A stretch of DNA of 38,091 bases from Eubacteriales bacterium. GTDB lineage: Bacteria; Bacillota; Clostridia; Oscillospirales; CAG-272. Each line of letters starts with the position of its first letter. The stretch's first letter is position 1. A program made the position numbers and the translations under genes. Below, piece by piece: positions 1-7,545 of the stretch. Below the pieces are notes generated by a model. That model had not been told where the DNA came from. It did not search any database and saw nothing but the letters and a program-made list of their open reading frames with translations. The stretch lies in the NCBI GenBank assembly GCA_045656965.1, contig JAZOSE010000118.1, positions 1 through 38,091 of the forward strand, in the 5' to 3' direction.

Positions 1-348
1 ATCACCAATGAGATCGTTTCTATGCAGACCAAGCTTGACCTTGCAGGCATCTCCGAGGAGGATCTTGCCAACGTCATCATCGCATACGAGCCCGTTTGGG
101 CAATCGGCACGGGTCTTACCGCAACGCCCGAGCAGGCTGACGAGACCTGCGGCGTGATCCGCGCAACCGTAGAAGAGCTCTACGGTAAGGCTGCCGCAGA
201 GAAGATCACCATTCAGTACGGTGGCTCTATGAACGATAAGAACGCAGCGGAGCTTCTTTCCAAGGAGAACGTTGACGGCGGCCTTATCGGTGGCGCATCG
301 CTGAAGGTTGATGCCTTCACCGCTATCGTAGACGCGGCAAACGCATAA
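1..348 (+). CDS. tpiA: Triosephosphate isomerase, C-terminal part (5' end lies outside the window)
   Basis: Frame 1 is open from base 1. The translation contains the TIM signature IAYEPVWAIGTG and the C-terminal GGLIGGASL motif. Confidence 0.9.
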   Translation: MTNEIVSMQTKLDLAGISEEDLANVIIAYEPVWAIGTGLTATPEQADETCGVIRATVEELYGKAAAEKITIQYGGSMNDKNAAELLSKENVDGGLIGGASLKVDAFTAIVDAANA

Positions 349-357
349 CTAAGCAAA

Positions 358-397
358 CGAAAAATCCGATCTTCCAATGAAGATCGGATTTTTTTAT
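358..397. terminator. Bidirectional intrinsic terminator between tpiA and the convergent AraC gene
   Basis: Perfect 14-bp stem AAAATCCGATCTTC / GAAGATCGGATTTT (361-374 / 379-392) with loop CAAT. It has an A-run before it and a T-run after it. Confidence 0.7.
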
Positions 398-1284
398 TTC
401 TTTTTCTTCTCAAGAAGTGCTTTTTTTCGGAAGCTACCGGGTGGGTCGCCCGTATAACGGCGAAATTCCTTTGCAAAATGGATGATATCACGGTATCCGC
501 AAAGCTCTGCCGCCTCGCGCGGATTTTTGCCCTCGGATAGAAACGTCTTTGCCGCCCGCATTCGCTGATTGATAATAGCGCGGCGCATCGTCATGCCCGT
601 TTCCTTTAAAAAGACCTTGCATAAATACGAGTGGCTTACGTGAACGATGCTACAAAGCATTTCTACCGAAAGCGTGGGGTTGCGGTAGTTCGCTTCTATA
701 AGAGAAAGAACCTCGCTGATAATGGCGCGGTGCGGGGAAGATGTGGGCTTGTCGGTCTCCTTCTTCGCCGCAATTTCCGAAATGATGCGCAAAAAAGTGG
801 ATTTCGCAAAAAGATATTCTGAAAGCGTGTCGTTTTTCGCGCGCTGGATCATATTGGAGACCAAATCGCCGATCTCCTTCTGCTTAGGCATACGGAAAAG
901 CGGCGCTTCTTTGGAAAAGCCAACCTCGGAAAGCATCTGGGAAAGAGATCCCTCCACGCCAAACCAAGCATAGCTCCAAGGATTTTCCTCGTCGGGATAA
1001 TAATTGGCAGGAACCCCTGCGGGAAGAACGAATATCCACCCTTGCGAGGCGGTGTAGGTCTTATCGCCGATCTCGATCGTTCCGCGCCCCTCCAACACGT
1101 AGTGCAAAGCGTCGTGTGTTTGTGCGCGTGGGTAAAAAGAAGGTTGCACAGTGTGGAAATCGTCGAAGCCTATGTCGATAATGTTGTCTTTTCGGCTAAA
1201 AAACAAGCGAAAAGAGCTTTTTCCAAGTTTGTTTGAGAACGAAATGACAGATCCCTCCCTTTTGAAGCTGTCTATTTTCTTCAT
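394..1284 (-). CDS. AraC-family transcriptional regulator (N-terminal cupin sensor, C-terminal HTH)
   Basis: The C-terminal part shows the AraC double-HTH pattern (EMLCSIVHVSHSYLCKVFLKETGMT ... AAELCGYRDIIHFAKEFRRYTG). The N-terminal part is cupin-like (LHYVLEGRGTIEIGDK). The ORF opens with TTG at 1311, but I prefer the ATG at 1284 (MKKIDSF). The start is uncertain. Confidence 0.85.
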   Translation of the reverse strand: MKKIDSFKREGSVISFSNKLGKSSFRLFFSRKDNIIDIGFDDFHTVQPSFYPRAQTHDALHYVLEGRGTIEIGDKTYTASQGWIFVLPAGVPANYYPDEENPWSYAWFGVEGSLSQMLSEVGFSKEAPLFRMPKQKEIGDLVSNMIQRAKNDTLSEYLFAKSTFLRIISEIAAKKETDKPTSSPHRAIISEVLSLIEANYRNPTLSVEMLCSIVHVSHSYLCKVFLKETGMTMRRAIINQRMRAAKTFLSEGKNPREAAELCGYRDIIHFAKEFRRYTGDPPGSFRKKALLEKKKK

Positions 1285-1436
1285 TGTAACAAAAATATAG
1301 AAAAAAGTCAACCCCTAAAAAATAAAAAAACACAATGAAGAAAATAAGAGATAAAAAGCGTGTACCCCCTTGCAACTTTCGCTTTTTTATGCTACAATAA
1401 GTACGTTATGATTTTTGATAAAGAGAGGATATTACA

Positions 1437-2183
1437 ATGGATAACGGAAAAATTCTTGCCAGCGTAAACGGCAAGCCGATCACGAGCGCAAAGGTGGATG
1501 AATTTATTGCTTCGCTCGGTCAAAGAGGTCAGGCATACCAGAGCGAAGAGGGCAGAGCGGCAATTTTAGAGGAGCTGATCGCACAGGAGCTCTTTCTTGC
1601 CGACGCGAAAAAGAATCTTCTTGAGTACGAGGAGGCTTTCAAGGCTGAGCTTGCTCGCGTAAAGGACCGCCTTTTGATCAATTACGCTATGGAAAAGGCA
1701 CTCTCCAAGGTCAGCGTTTCTGAGGACGAGTTAAAGAAGTATTATGACGATAACGCCGAAAAGTTTGTAACCGGAGAAACTGTCAACGCATCGCACATCC
1801 TCGTTGCTGATGAAGCAACCGCCGCCGACCTTCTTAAAAAGATCGAAAGCGGAGAGATCACCTTTGAGGATGCGGCAAAGCAGTATAGCACCTGCCCCTC
1901 GGGCCAGGAGGGCGGCGCTCTCGGCGATTTCGGAAGAGGTCAGATGGTTCCTGAGTTTGATGCGGCTTGCTTCTCTATGGCAGTAGGTGAAGTCAAGGGC
2001 CCCGTTGCGACTCAATTTGGCTTCCACTTGATCCGCCTCAACAGCAAGGGCGAGTCCTCGACGATCCCCTATGCCGAGATCAAGGAGCAGATCCGCGCAC
2101 AGCTTCTGCGCGAAAAGCAGCAAAGCACCTACCGCAGCAAGGTCAATCAGCTCGGAATCCTTTTCCCCGTTGACCGCTATTAA
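1437..2183 (+). CDS. PpiC/parvulin-type peptidyl-prolyl cis-trans isomerase (PrsA/SurA-like)
   Basis: Parvulin core: NASHILV ... GGALGDFGRGQMVPEFD ... GPVATQFGFHLIRL. RBS GAGAGGA lies upstream of the ATG. Confidence 0.85.
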   Translation: MDNGKILASVNGKPITSAKVDEFIASLGQRGQAYQSEEGRAAILEELIAQELFLADAKKNLLEYEEAFKAELARVKDRLLINYAMEKALSKVSVSEDELKKYYDDNAEKFVTGETVNASHILVADEATAADLLKKIESGEITFEDAAKQYSTCPSGQEGGALGDFGRGQMVPEFDAACFSMAVGEVKGPVATQFGFHLIRLNSKGESSTIPYAEIKEQIRAQLLREKQQSTYRSKVNQLGILFPVDRY

Positions 2184-2188
2184 AAATC

Positions 2189-2220
2189 AAAAAGGACAGT
2201 GAATTTCACTGTCCTTTTTC
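2189..2220. terminator. Bidirectional intrinsic terminator
   Basis: Stem GGACAGTG / CACTGTCC (2194-2201 / 2207-2214), with an A-run upstream and a T-run downstream. It sits between convergent genes. Confidence 0.7.
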
Positions 2221-2221
2221 T

Positions 2222-3826
2222 TTACGCATCCTTTTCCGTCTTGGACAACGCCACGGCGGGAGAAGCAGAAAGCACGGGTACGCAGGCGGCGCCCACGTTA
2301 AAGATCATAAGAAATACGAACGCTGCGCTGATGAGCGTCTTATATTCTCCGTGCAGGTGCTGTTTATATAAAATACTGATGGAAATGAGGAATACGATAA
2401 CCATCAAAAGCGCCAAAGCCGCAAATATCAGCATCATGATCTTGGAGATATATGCGCGTCTTTCACTGTTGGCTCCATGCATAAAGAAGGCAACGTTTGC
2501 CTGTAAAAGCGTCAAAGCACAAGCCATCATGCCGAACAAAACGACCGGCAAGAAGGAGAAGAGAGTAGCCATCTTGTGAAGCCCTCCTATTGCCCAAAGC
2601 TCGGAGATCATATCGGCGTTGGTCTTGATGGCAACGGCGTTGTCACCGTCTCGGTGAGGAAGGGAGTAGATGGTGGATAAATTCTCCGAAAGGCGCAAAT
2701 CTGCCTCTTCCTTTTCGGCTTGATGTAGCTCGTCCAAAAGGTCCATCTGTCTTTCTGTGTAAATAAAGGTACTAAAGGCATTGGCACCCATCGATACAGT
2801 CATATGCTTGGTTTTTTCCGGAACACTTGCAAATTTACCTGTAAATGTGCAGTTGACGATGGGAGCAAAGGCAAGAAAGAAGATGCCAAGGGAAAGTGCA
2901 ATGGCAAAAGCACGCTTGATGAGTGTGGAAGCGGAATAACGCACCTTGTAAAAAATAATGCGCGTGAGTGCAACCCATAAAATGACGGGAGCGGAAATCA
3001 GCGTCGGTAAAAGCAACGAGACGGTAATGTCTGTGCCTTGGCTGAAGGCAAAGCGGAAGCTGTTAAAGAGCGCGTATTCACTTACGGTGGGAATGGTCAC
3101 CGCGGCTTGTCCAAGTCCAAAGCTTAGTGCCGCATAGGTGAGCAGCGCCACCATCGGAACAGAAGAAAGCATAACGTAGAGCGCGAATTCCAGCCGTTTC
3201 GACGAGAACTTTGCTATACCAAGCGCACCGAGAAACGCAAAAAACGCAAGGAAGAAGAAAATAATGGTAAACGCCACGTAAAGAACGGCACATACCGCGC
3301 CGATATAGAAGGAGGGACCCAGCGCAATAGCATCGGAGCGCACCGAAAGACGGAGCGTGTAAAGCGCGAAGCTGTGAATGGCGCGCCTCTCGTTTGGCTT
3401 TAGATCCTCATAGTCGGCTTGCTCAATGCCTTTGATGCTTTCGCTTGCCTCTACGTAATGCTCAAAAACGCTATCGTCCTCAAGCTCGCTCTCGGAAAGA
3501 AAGAAAAACGAATCCGTGAAGAGCCCCACGACCTCAAAAACGTTCAGCTTAAAGTCGGCGCCCTCAAAGCGCGCATCGTTATCTGATTCAAGCGGCAGAG
3601 AGATCATTGGCAAAAACGACATCACGACCATAAAGGTGGCAAGAAGAAGCACCAGTCCCTTGGTGATGAGATTCGGGAGAATGGTAAAAATATGCCTTTC
3701 CTTTTTTGCCTTTGGTATCGCTTCATTTTCTGCAACACTTGTTTCCACGGCATAGCCGCAATGAGAGCAAAAACGTGCGCTTGCGGGCAAGCGAGTGCCG
3801 CAGTGTATACAAAACCTGTGACTCAT
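2222..3826 (-). CDS. Multi-pass membrane protein with an N-terminal zinc ribbon, function unknown
   Basis: N-terminus is CIHCGTRLPASARFCSHCG (CxxC-x10-CxxC). It is followed by roughly 10 hydrophobic segments. RBS AAAGGAG precedes the ATG. Confidence 0.7.
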   Translation of the reverse strand: MSHRFCIHCGTRLPASARFCSHCGYAVETSVAENEAIPKAKKERHIFTILPNLITKGLVLLLATFMVVMSFLPMISLPLESDNDARFEGADFKLNVFEVVGLFTDSFFFLSESELEDDSVFEHYVEASESIKGIEQADYEDLKPNERRAIHSFALYTLRLSVRSDAIALGPSFYIGAVCAVLYVAFTIIFFFLAFFAFLGALGIAKFSSKRLEFALYVMLSSVPMVALLTYAALSFGLGQAAVTIPTVSEYALFNSFRFAFSQGTDITVSLLLPTLISAPVILWVALTRIIFYKVRYSASTLIKRAFAIALSLGIFFLAFAPIVNCTFTGKFASVPEKTKHMTVSMGANAFSTFIYTERQMDLLDELHQAEKEEADLRLSENLSTIYSLPHRDGDNAVAIKTNADMISELWAIGGLHKMATLFSFLPVVLFGMMACALTLLQANVAFFMHGANSERRAYISKIMMLIFAALALLMVIVFLISISILYKQHLHGEYKTLISAAFVFLMIFNVGAACVPVLSASPAVALSKTEKDA

Positions 3827-3859
3827 AGGTAAAGTTGCTCCTTTAAGGCGATTGCTATT

Positions 3860-4234
3860 TTATTCTTCGATCTCGATCTCCGCGTCGGGAGCGTTTTCAG
3901 CAATGCTGGCAATGCCACCAAGTGCGCTCGTTTTCGTGGTGTAGCCCTGCGAAATGGATACGACCTCGCCGTTGGAGGCTTGCAGGTTAAAGCGGTATTT
4001 CTCCGCCTTGTCAAGAAACAGAACGAATTTCGGATTTTTGAGCGTTACGATCGGCTCGACCGTTGTGTCCTCAATATGCGAGAGCGCGTTGTTTTTAACG
4101 CTCATAACGCCCTTTTTGCAGTTTTGAAGTGTCGTGTAGGTCTCCGAGGTTGCGATCACACGACCGTTGGTCGCGTAGAGATTAAAATAAAACTGACCGT
4201 CCTTTGAGGACTTTATGATAAATTTAGCTGACAT
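3860..4234 (-). CDS. YegP/DUF1508 (UPF0339) family protein with two tandem repeats
   Basis: Two copies of the YegP pattern: KDGQFYFNLYATNGRVIATSETYTT and KYRFNLQASNGEVVSISQGYTT. Confidence 0.8.
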   Translation of the reverse strand: MSAKFIIKSSKDGQFYFNLYATNGRVIATSETYTTLQNCKKGVMSVKNNALSHIEDTTVEPIVTLKNPKFVLFLDKAEKYRFNLQASNGEVVSISQGYTTKTSALGGIASIAENAPDAEIEIEE

Positions 4235-4269
4235 TTTCGAGCCTCCAATATATATTTATTTACATATTA

Positions 4270-4298
4270 AGTATAACACAATATTTTTTTGTTGTCAA
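4270..4298 (-). promoter_or_regulatory. Putative sigma-A promoter for the YegP-like gene
   Basis: On the minus strand: TTGACA - 17 nt - TATACT, with TG at the extended -10 position. It lies about 30 nt upstream of the RBS and ATG at 4234. Confidence 0.5.
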
Positions 4299-4367
4299 TA
4301 TTACAGGTGTATCAAAAGGCTTCCGTGGTAAAATAATAGGGAATAACTATAAACGGAGGTTAAATTT

Positions 4368-5207
4368 ATGGAAAGAAGCTTGAGTGGAAAAGAAATAAAA
4401 GCGTTTGAAGCCTACCTTTTCGGTGAGGAACGAAGTGCGGCAACCGTAGAAAAATATCTGCGCGACGTGAAATCGCTCCTTGCCTTTCTAAACGGTAAGA
4501 CGTTGACCAAAGCCGTCGTTTTGGAATACAAAAACGGACTCTTGGTTAAATACGCGGTAACAAGCGCCAACTCAATGATTGCGGCAGTAAACGCATTTTT
4601 TCGTTTTCTCGGCTGGCACGAGCTTTGCGTAAAGCAGTTCAAGATCCAGAAATCCGCTTTTGCCACGGAGGAAAAGGAGCTTTCGCGTGAGGAATACCTG
4701 CGTCTTGTGGAAACGGCAAGGCACAGAGGAAACGACAAATTAAGCTTGATCATTCAAACCATATGCGGAACGGGCATTCGTGTCAGCGAACTAAAATATA
4801 TCACCGTTGAATCGGTGGAAAAAGGGGAGGCAACCGTCAACTGTAAGGGGAAAAACAGACGTATTTTCATCGTCTCTGCGTTAAAGCGACGCCTTTTGGA
4901 ATATATAAGGAAGCAAAAAATAAAATCGGGCTCCGTTTTTGTAACGAAAACAGGGAAGTCGGTCAATCGCCATAGCGTCTGGCGCGAAATGAAGAGGCTT
5001 TGCAAGGCAGCAAACGTTTCTCCGAGTAAGGTCTTTCCCCATAATCTTCGACACCTGTTCGCTCGCACCTTTTACGGCATTGAAAAGGATATCGCCAAGC
5101 TTGCCGATATTCTCGGACACGCCAGCATCAATACCACAAGAATTTATATCGTGACCACAGCGGTAGAGCATAAGCGCAAAATGGAAAATATGCGCCTCAT
5201 TGTATAA
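4368..5207 (+). CDS. Tyrosine-type site-specific recombinase (XerC/D-like, small 279-aa form)
   Basis: N-terminal SAM-like core-binding domain. Catalytic motifs: GTGIRVSEL (Arg), HNLRHLFA (H-x-x-R) and LGHASINTTRIY (His/Tyr). RBS ACGGAGG. Confidence 0.9.
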   Translation: MERSLSGKEIKAFEAYLFGEERSAATVEKYLRDVKSLLAFLNGKTLTKAVVLEYKNGLLVKYAVTSANSMIAAVNAFFRFLGWHELCVKQFKIQKSAFATEEKELSREEYLRLVETARHRGNDKLSLIIQTICGTGIRVSELKYITVESVEKGEATVNCKGKNRRIFIVSALKRRLLEYIRKQKIKSGSVFVTKTGKSVNRHSVWREMKRLCKAANVSPSKVFPHNLRHLFARTFYGIEKDIAKLADILGHASINTTRIYIVTTAVEHKRKMENMRLIV

Positions 5208-5239
5208 AGAAAAAAAGACCGACATTCGCCGATCTTGCC

Positions 5240-5257
5240 ACGTAACGTCTGTTATGT
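5240..5257. repeat. Recombinase-type core site A (ACGTAAC-GTCT-GTTATGT)
   Basis: Matches site B at 17 of 18 positions, in direct orientation, 54 bp upstream of site B. Confidence 0.5.
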
Positions 5258-5293
5258 TCTAAGGTTTTATACTAAAGTGAGAAGGGATGTGCT

Positions 5294-5311
5294 ACATAAC
5301 GTCTGTTATGT
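5294..5311. repeat. Core site B (ACATAAC-GTCT-GTTATGT), left inverted repeat of the candidate invertible segment
   Basis: 7-bp perfectly inverted arms around the asymmetric centre GTCT. It is the exact reverse complement of site C. Confidence 0.6.
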
Positions 5312-5373
5312 TGCACATTGCACATGAAATATGCAAAAATCCTTTCTTCACGCGGCAGACAGCAATAAAAAAA

Positions 5374-5438
5374 GCATAGCAACAGAGCCTTTTTCTTGAT
5401 TTTGTTTAAAACTACTAAAAAAGGCTTTTTTTGCTATG
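5374..5438 (+). terminator. Long imperfect hairpin with a T-tract, possibly an insulating terminator inside the cassette
   Basis: Inner stem AGCCTTTTT / AAAAAGGCT (5386-5394 / 5418-5426) is followed by T7. Outer arms GCATAGCAA / TTGCTATG pair around it. The loop is large (23 nt), so terminator function is uncertain. Confidence 0.35.
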
Positions 5439-5490
5439 TATTTTTTTTGTATTATTAAAAATTGTTTTTGTAAAAAATTAAGAAAACCTA

Positions 5491-5519
5491 TTGCTTTTTC
5501 GAAAAAACCGTGCTATAAT
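5491..5519 (+). promoter_or_regulatory. Near-consensus sigma-A promoter inside the cassette, reading toward the tetR-sipW operon
   Basis: TTGCTT (5491-5496) - 17 nt - TATAAT (5514-5519), with TG at -15/-14 (TGcTATAAT). Confidence 0.6.
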
Positions 5520-5543
5520 CTACCTCGCACGGATAAGTTTGAT

Positions 5544-5561
5544 ACATAACAGACGTTATGT
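5544..5561. repeat. Core site C (ACATAAC-AGAC-GTTATGT), right inverted repeat
   Basis: Identical arms to site B. The central 4 nt are the reverse complement of those in site B. Confidence 0.6.
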
Positions 5562-5646
5562 TGCTTAACACTGTTAGCCGCGACGGTGCCACTTTTCAAG
5601 GTAAAATATGTGGTTGTGCATGAAGTCGGCTTTCATTTTTGTCACC

Positions 5647-5666
5647 CTTGTAGCATTTGCTACAAG
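5647..5666. promoter_or_regulatory. Perfect 20-bp palindrome, a candidate operator (for example for the downstream TetR)
   Basis: CTTGTAGCA-TT-TGCTACAAG: 9-bp arms with a 2-nt centre, 127 nt upstream of the TetR start codon. Confidence 0.4.
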
Positions 5667-5743
5667 TGCGCCTTTGTTGAGCAAGATGCTTGAGAAAATG
5701 AGTATATCAAAATGAAGAATTTTCTCAATTATGTTGGCAGCAT

Positions 5744-5772
5744 ATGACTTTTGCGTTTTAAATGTTTATAAT
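5744..5772 (+). promoter_or_regulatory. Possible second (fixed) promoter proximal to tetR
   Basis: ATGACT - 17 nt - TATAAT (5767-5772), about 20 nt upstream of the TetR RBS. Confidence 0.4.
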
Positions 5773-5792
5773 ACTAAAAAAAGGGGAAGGAA

Positions 5793-6431
5793 ATGAAAAG
5801 CGAGTGGGAAATGAGAGAGCTTCTCATCGGTAATACCATACGTTTGATTGCTAAGGGCGGATTTGAAAGTGCTACCACGCGTGCCATTACCCGTGTTGAG
5901 AGCGAGCTTCCCGACATGAAGCTAAACGATGTGTACATATACCGCCTTTTCGGAAGCAAGGAAAATCTTTACCACGCAGCTTTTGAAGATCTGGACAAGG
6001 AGCTTGTTCGTAGCTTAAGCCTTTGTATCGAGGATATCGGCGGCTTTTACGGCAACGTGAAGGAAAAGCTTTATAAGCTTTTTGTAAGAACGTGGCGCTT
6101 TGTTTTGGGCAACGAGGACCGTTGCCGCTGTTATATCAGATATTACTACTCCGTTTATTTCCGCGGTGAATCCTTGCGCCAGCACAATCTGCTTTTTGAT
6201 AGGATCATTGCAGTATTTATGCCGCTTTTTAAGGAAGAGGCAGACGTAAGAAGCATTATGCACAGCGTTTTGACAACGCTTCTCGACTTTGCTGTTCGCG
6301 TGTATAACGGCGACCTTGAGGATAGCGACGTCAACGCGCCTCACGTATTCAACGTCCTTTACTGCGCAATGGTAACTTATTTTAAAGACGGTGTGTTAAC
6401 AAAAGGCGAGGAAGAATCGAGGGTCATATAG
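5793..6431 (+). CDS. TetR/AcrR-family transcriptional regulator
   Basis: N-terminal HTH: LIAKGGFESATTRAITRVESELPDMKLNDVYIYRLFGSKENLYHAAF. All-helical C-terminal part. RBS AAGGGGAAGGA. Confidence 0.85.
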   Translation: MKSEWEMRELLIGNTIRLIAKGGFESATTRAITRVESELPDMKLNDVYIYRLFGSKENLYHAAFEDLDKELVRSLSLCIEDIGGFYGNVKEKLYKLFVRTWRFVLGNEDRCRCYIRYYYSVYFRGESLRQHNLLFDRIIAVFMPLFKEEADVRSIMHSVLTTLLDFAVRVYNGDLEDSDVNAPHVFNVLYCAMVTYFKDGVLTKGEEESRVI

Positions 6432-6450
6432 AAAAATGAGGTAGCTTCCT

Positions 6451-6720
6451 TTGAATGACAACGTGAAAAAAAGAATCATTGAAACGCATTTAAGCTTTAA
6501 TACCAACACCTGCATTTGCTGTGGCGAGGAAATTCCCGAGGGCATACTTGTTTGTCCGGCGTGCGAGCGTGGGGAAGTGCCCTTTGCTTGCCAGCTTTGT
6601 GGAGCGCCTTTGCTTTGCGATGAGCAGATGTGCTCTGAGTGTCAAGCCCGTTGCTCGAAAAAAGGAAGCGGCAACAACAAGAACAAACGCTTTGCATGGT
6701 TTGCAAAGCAAAAGAGGTAA
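6451..6720 (+). CDS. Small Cys-rich (multi zinc-ribbon) protein with a basic tail, function unknown
   Basis: The 89-aa product carries several Cys pairs (CICC, CPAC, CQLC, CSEC) and ends in NKNKRFAWFAKQKR. TTG start with GAGG upstream; the start is uncertain. Confidence 0.6.
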   Translation: MNDNVKKRIIETHLSFNTNTCICCGEEIPEGILVCPACERGEVPFACQLCGAPLLCDEQMCSECQARCSKKGSGNNKNKRFAWFAKQKR

Positions 6721-6723
6721 ATT

Positions 6724-7476
6724 TTGAGCGAAAAATCAAAAAAGATATGTAAAGCCATATTAAGCACCTTGTCGGGATTGCTTTTTACGTTCTCCATTTG
6801 TATTATGGTTTTCACCATCGTTATGGTCGCCACAGTGGATAGAATAGAGAGAACGTTTCTTGGATTTCGGTTTTACATTGTGCAAAGCGATTCCATGAGT
6901 CTTTCGGAAAACAATGCACAGGATACCGTTCATTTTAACGCGGGCGATATCATTTTCTCAAAAAAAGTGAAGGACGCTTCCGCAATAGAGCAAGGAACGG
7001 TCATCTCCTTTATTTCCACGAACAGTGATAGCTATGGCAAGATACTCACTCACAAAATTCGTGACAAAAAGGTGAATAGCAGCGGTGAGTTTTTAGGATA
7101 CGTTACCTATGGCACAAATACGGGAGCTGACGACGAGGCTGTCGTTATGCCCGACCATGTGCTCGGTGAGTACGCAGGAAAGCTTGCGGGCGTTGGAAAT
7201 TTTTTTGCGTTTATGAAGACAACGCCCGGATATCTTCTTTGCATTCTTTCCCCCTTCCTTTTGCTGATCATTTATAACGCAGTAAACGTTATTCGTGCTT
7301 CTAAGGCATACAAGGCAGAGCAAAAGGCTGCTGCGGATGCCGAAAGAGCGGATATTGAAGGAAAGCTGAAGGAAAACGAGACACTCCTTCAAAAGATCGA
7401 GACTCTCAAAAGGGAGCTTGAAGAGAAGCGAGGCGGCGAGCCGTCCGAAACGTCTACCGAGGAAGCCTCGGAATAA
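6724..7476 (+). CDS. sipW: SipW-type (ER/archaeal-type, S26B) signal peptidase I with a C-terminal TM segment and coiled-coil tail
   Basis: N-terminal TM segment. Ser box IVQSDSMS and His box ILTHKI. A second TM segment (YLLCILSPFLLLIIY) is followed by a Lys/Glu-rich tail. TTG start lies 3 nt after the previous stop, with AGAGG as RBS. Confidence 0.8.
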   Translation: MSEKSKKICKAILSTLSGLLFTFSICIMVFTIVMVATVDRIERTFLGFRFYIVQSDSMSLSENNAQDTVHFNAGDIIFSKKVKDASAIEQGTVISFISTNSDSYGKILTHKIRDKKVNSSGEFLGYVTYGTNTGADDEAVVMPDHVLGEYAGKLAGVGNFFAFMKTTPGYLLCILSPFLLLIIYNAVNVIRASKAYKAEQKAAADAERADIEGKLKENETLLQKIETLKRELEEKRGGEPSETSTEEASE

Positions 7477-7545
7477 ATTACTTAGTTCTTTACGCAAAAG
7501 GCGTATCGATATTCGTCAACAAAATACTTATAGGAGGTAAAACAA

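Larger units (their letters stand above)
5294..5561. mobile_element. Candidate invertible promoter cassette (inverton) bounded by sites B and C
   Basis: 18-bp perfect inverted repeats at 5294-5311 and 5544-5561 flank 232 bp containing an outward-facing promoter. A tyrosine recombinase gene ends 33 bp upstream of site A. Confidence 0.5.

Noticed and set aside
2199-2579. 126-aa plus-strand ORF overlapping the 3' end of the zinc-ribbon membrane protein gene.
   Set aside because: It starts inside the bidirectional terminator and has no RBS. It is fully antisense to a long ORF with coherent TM topology.
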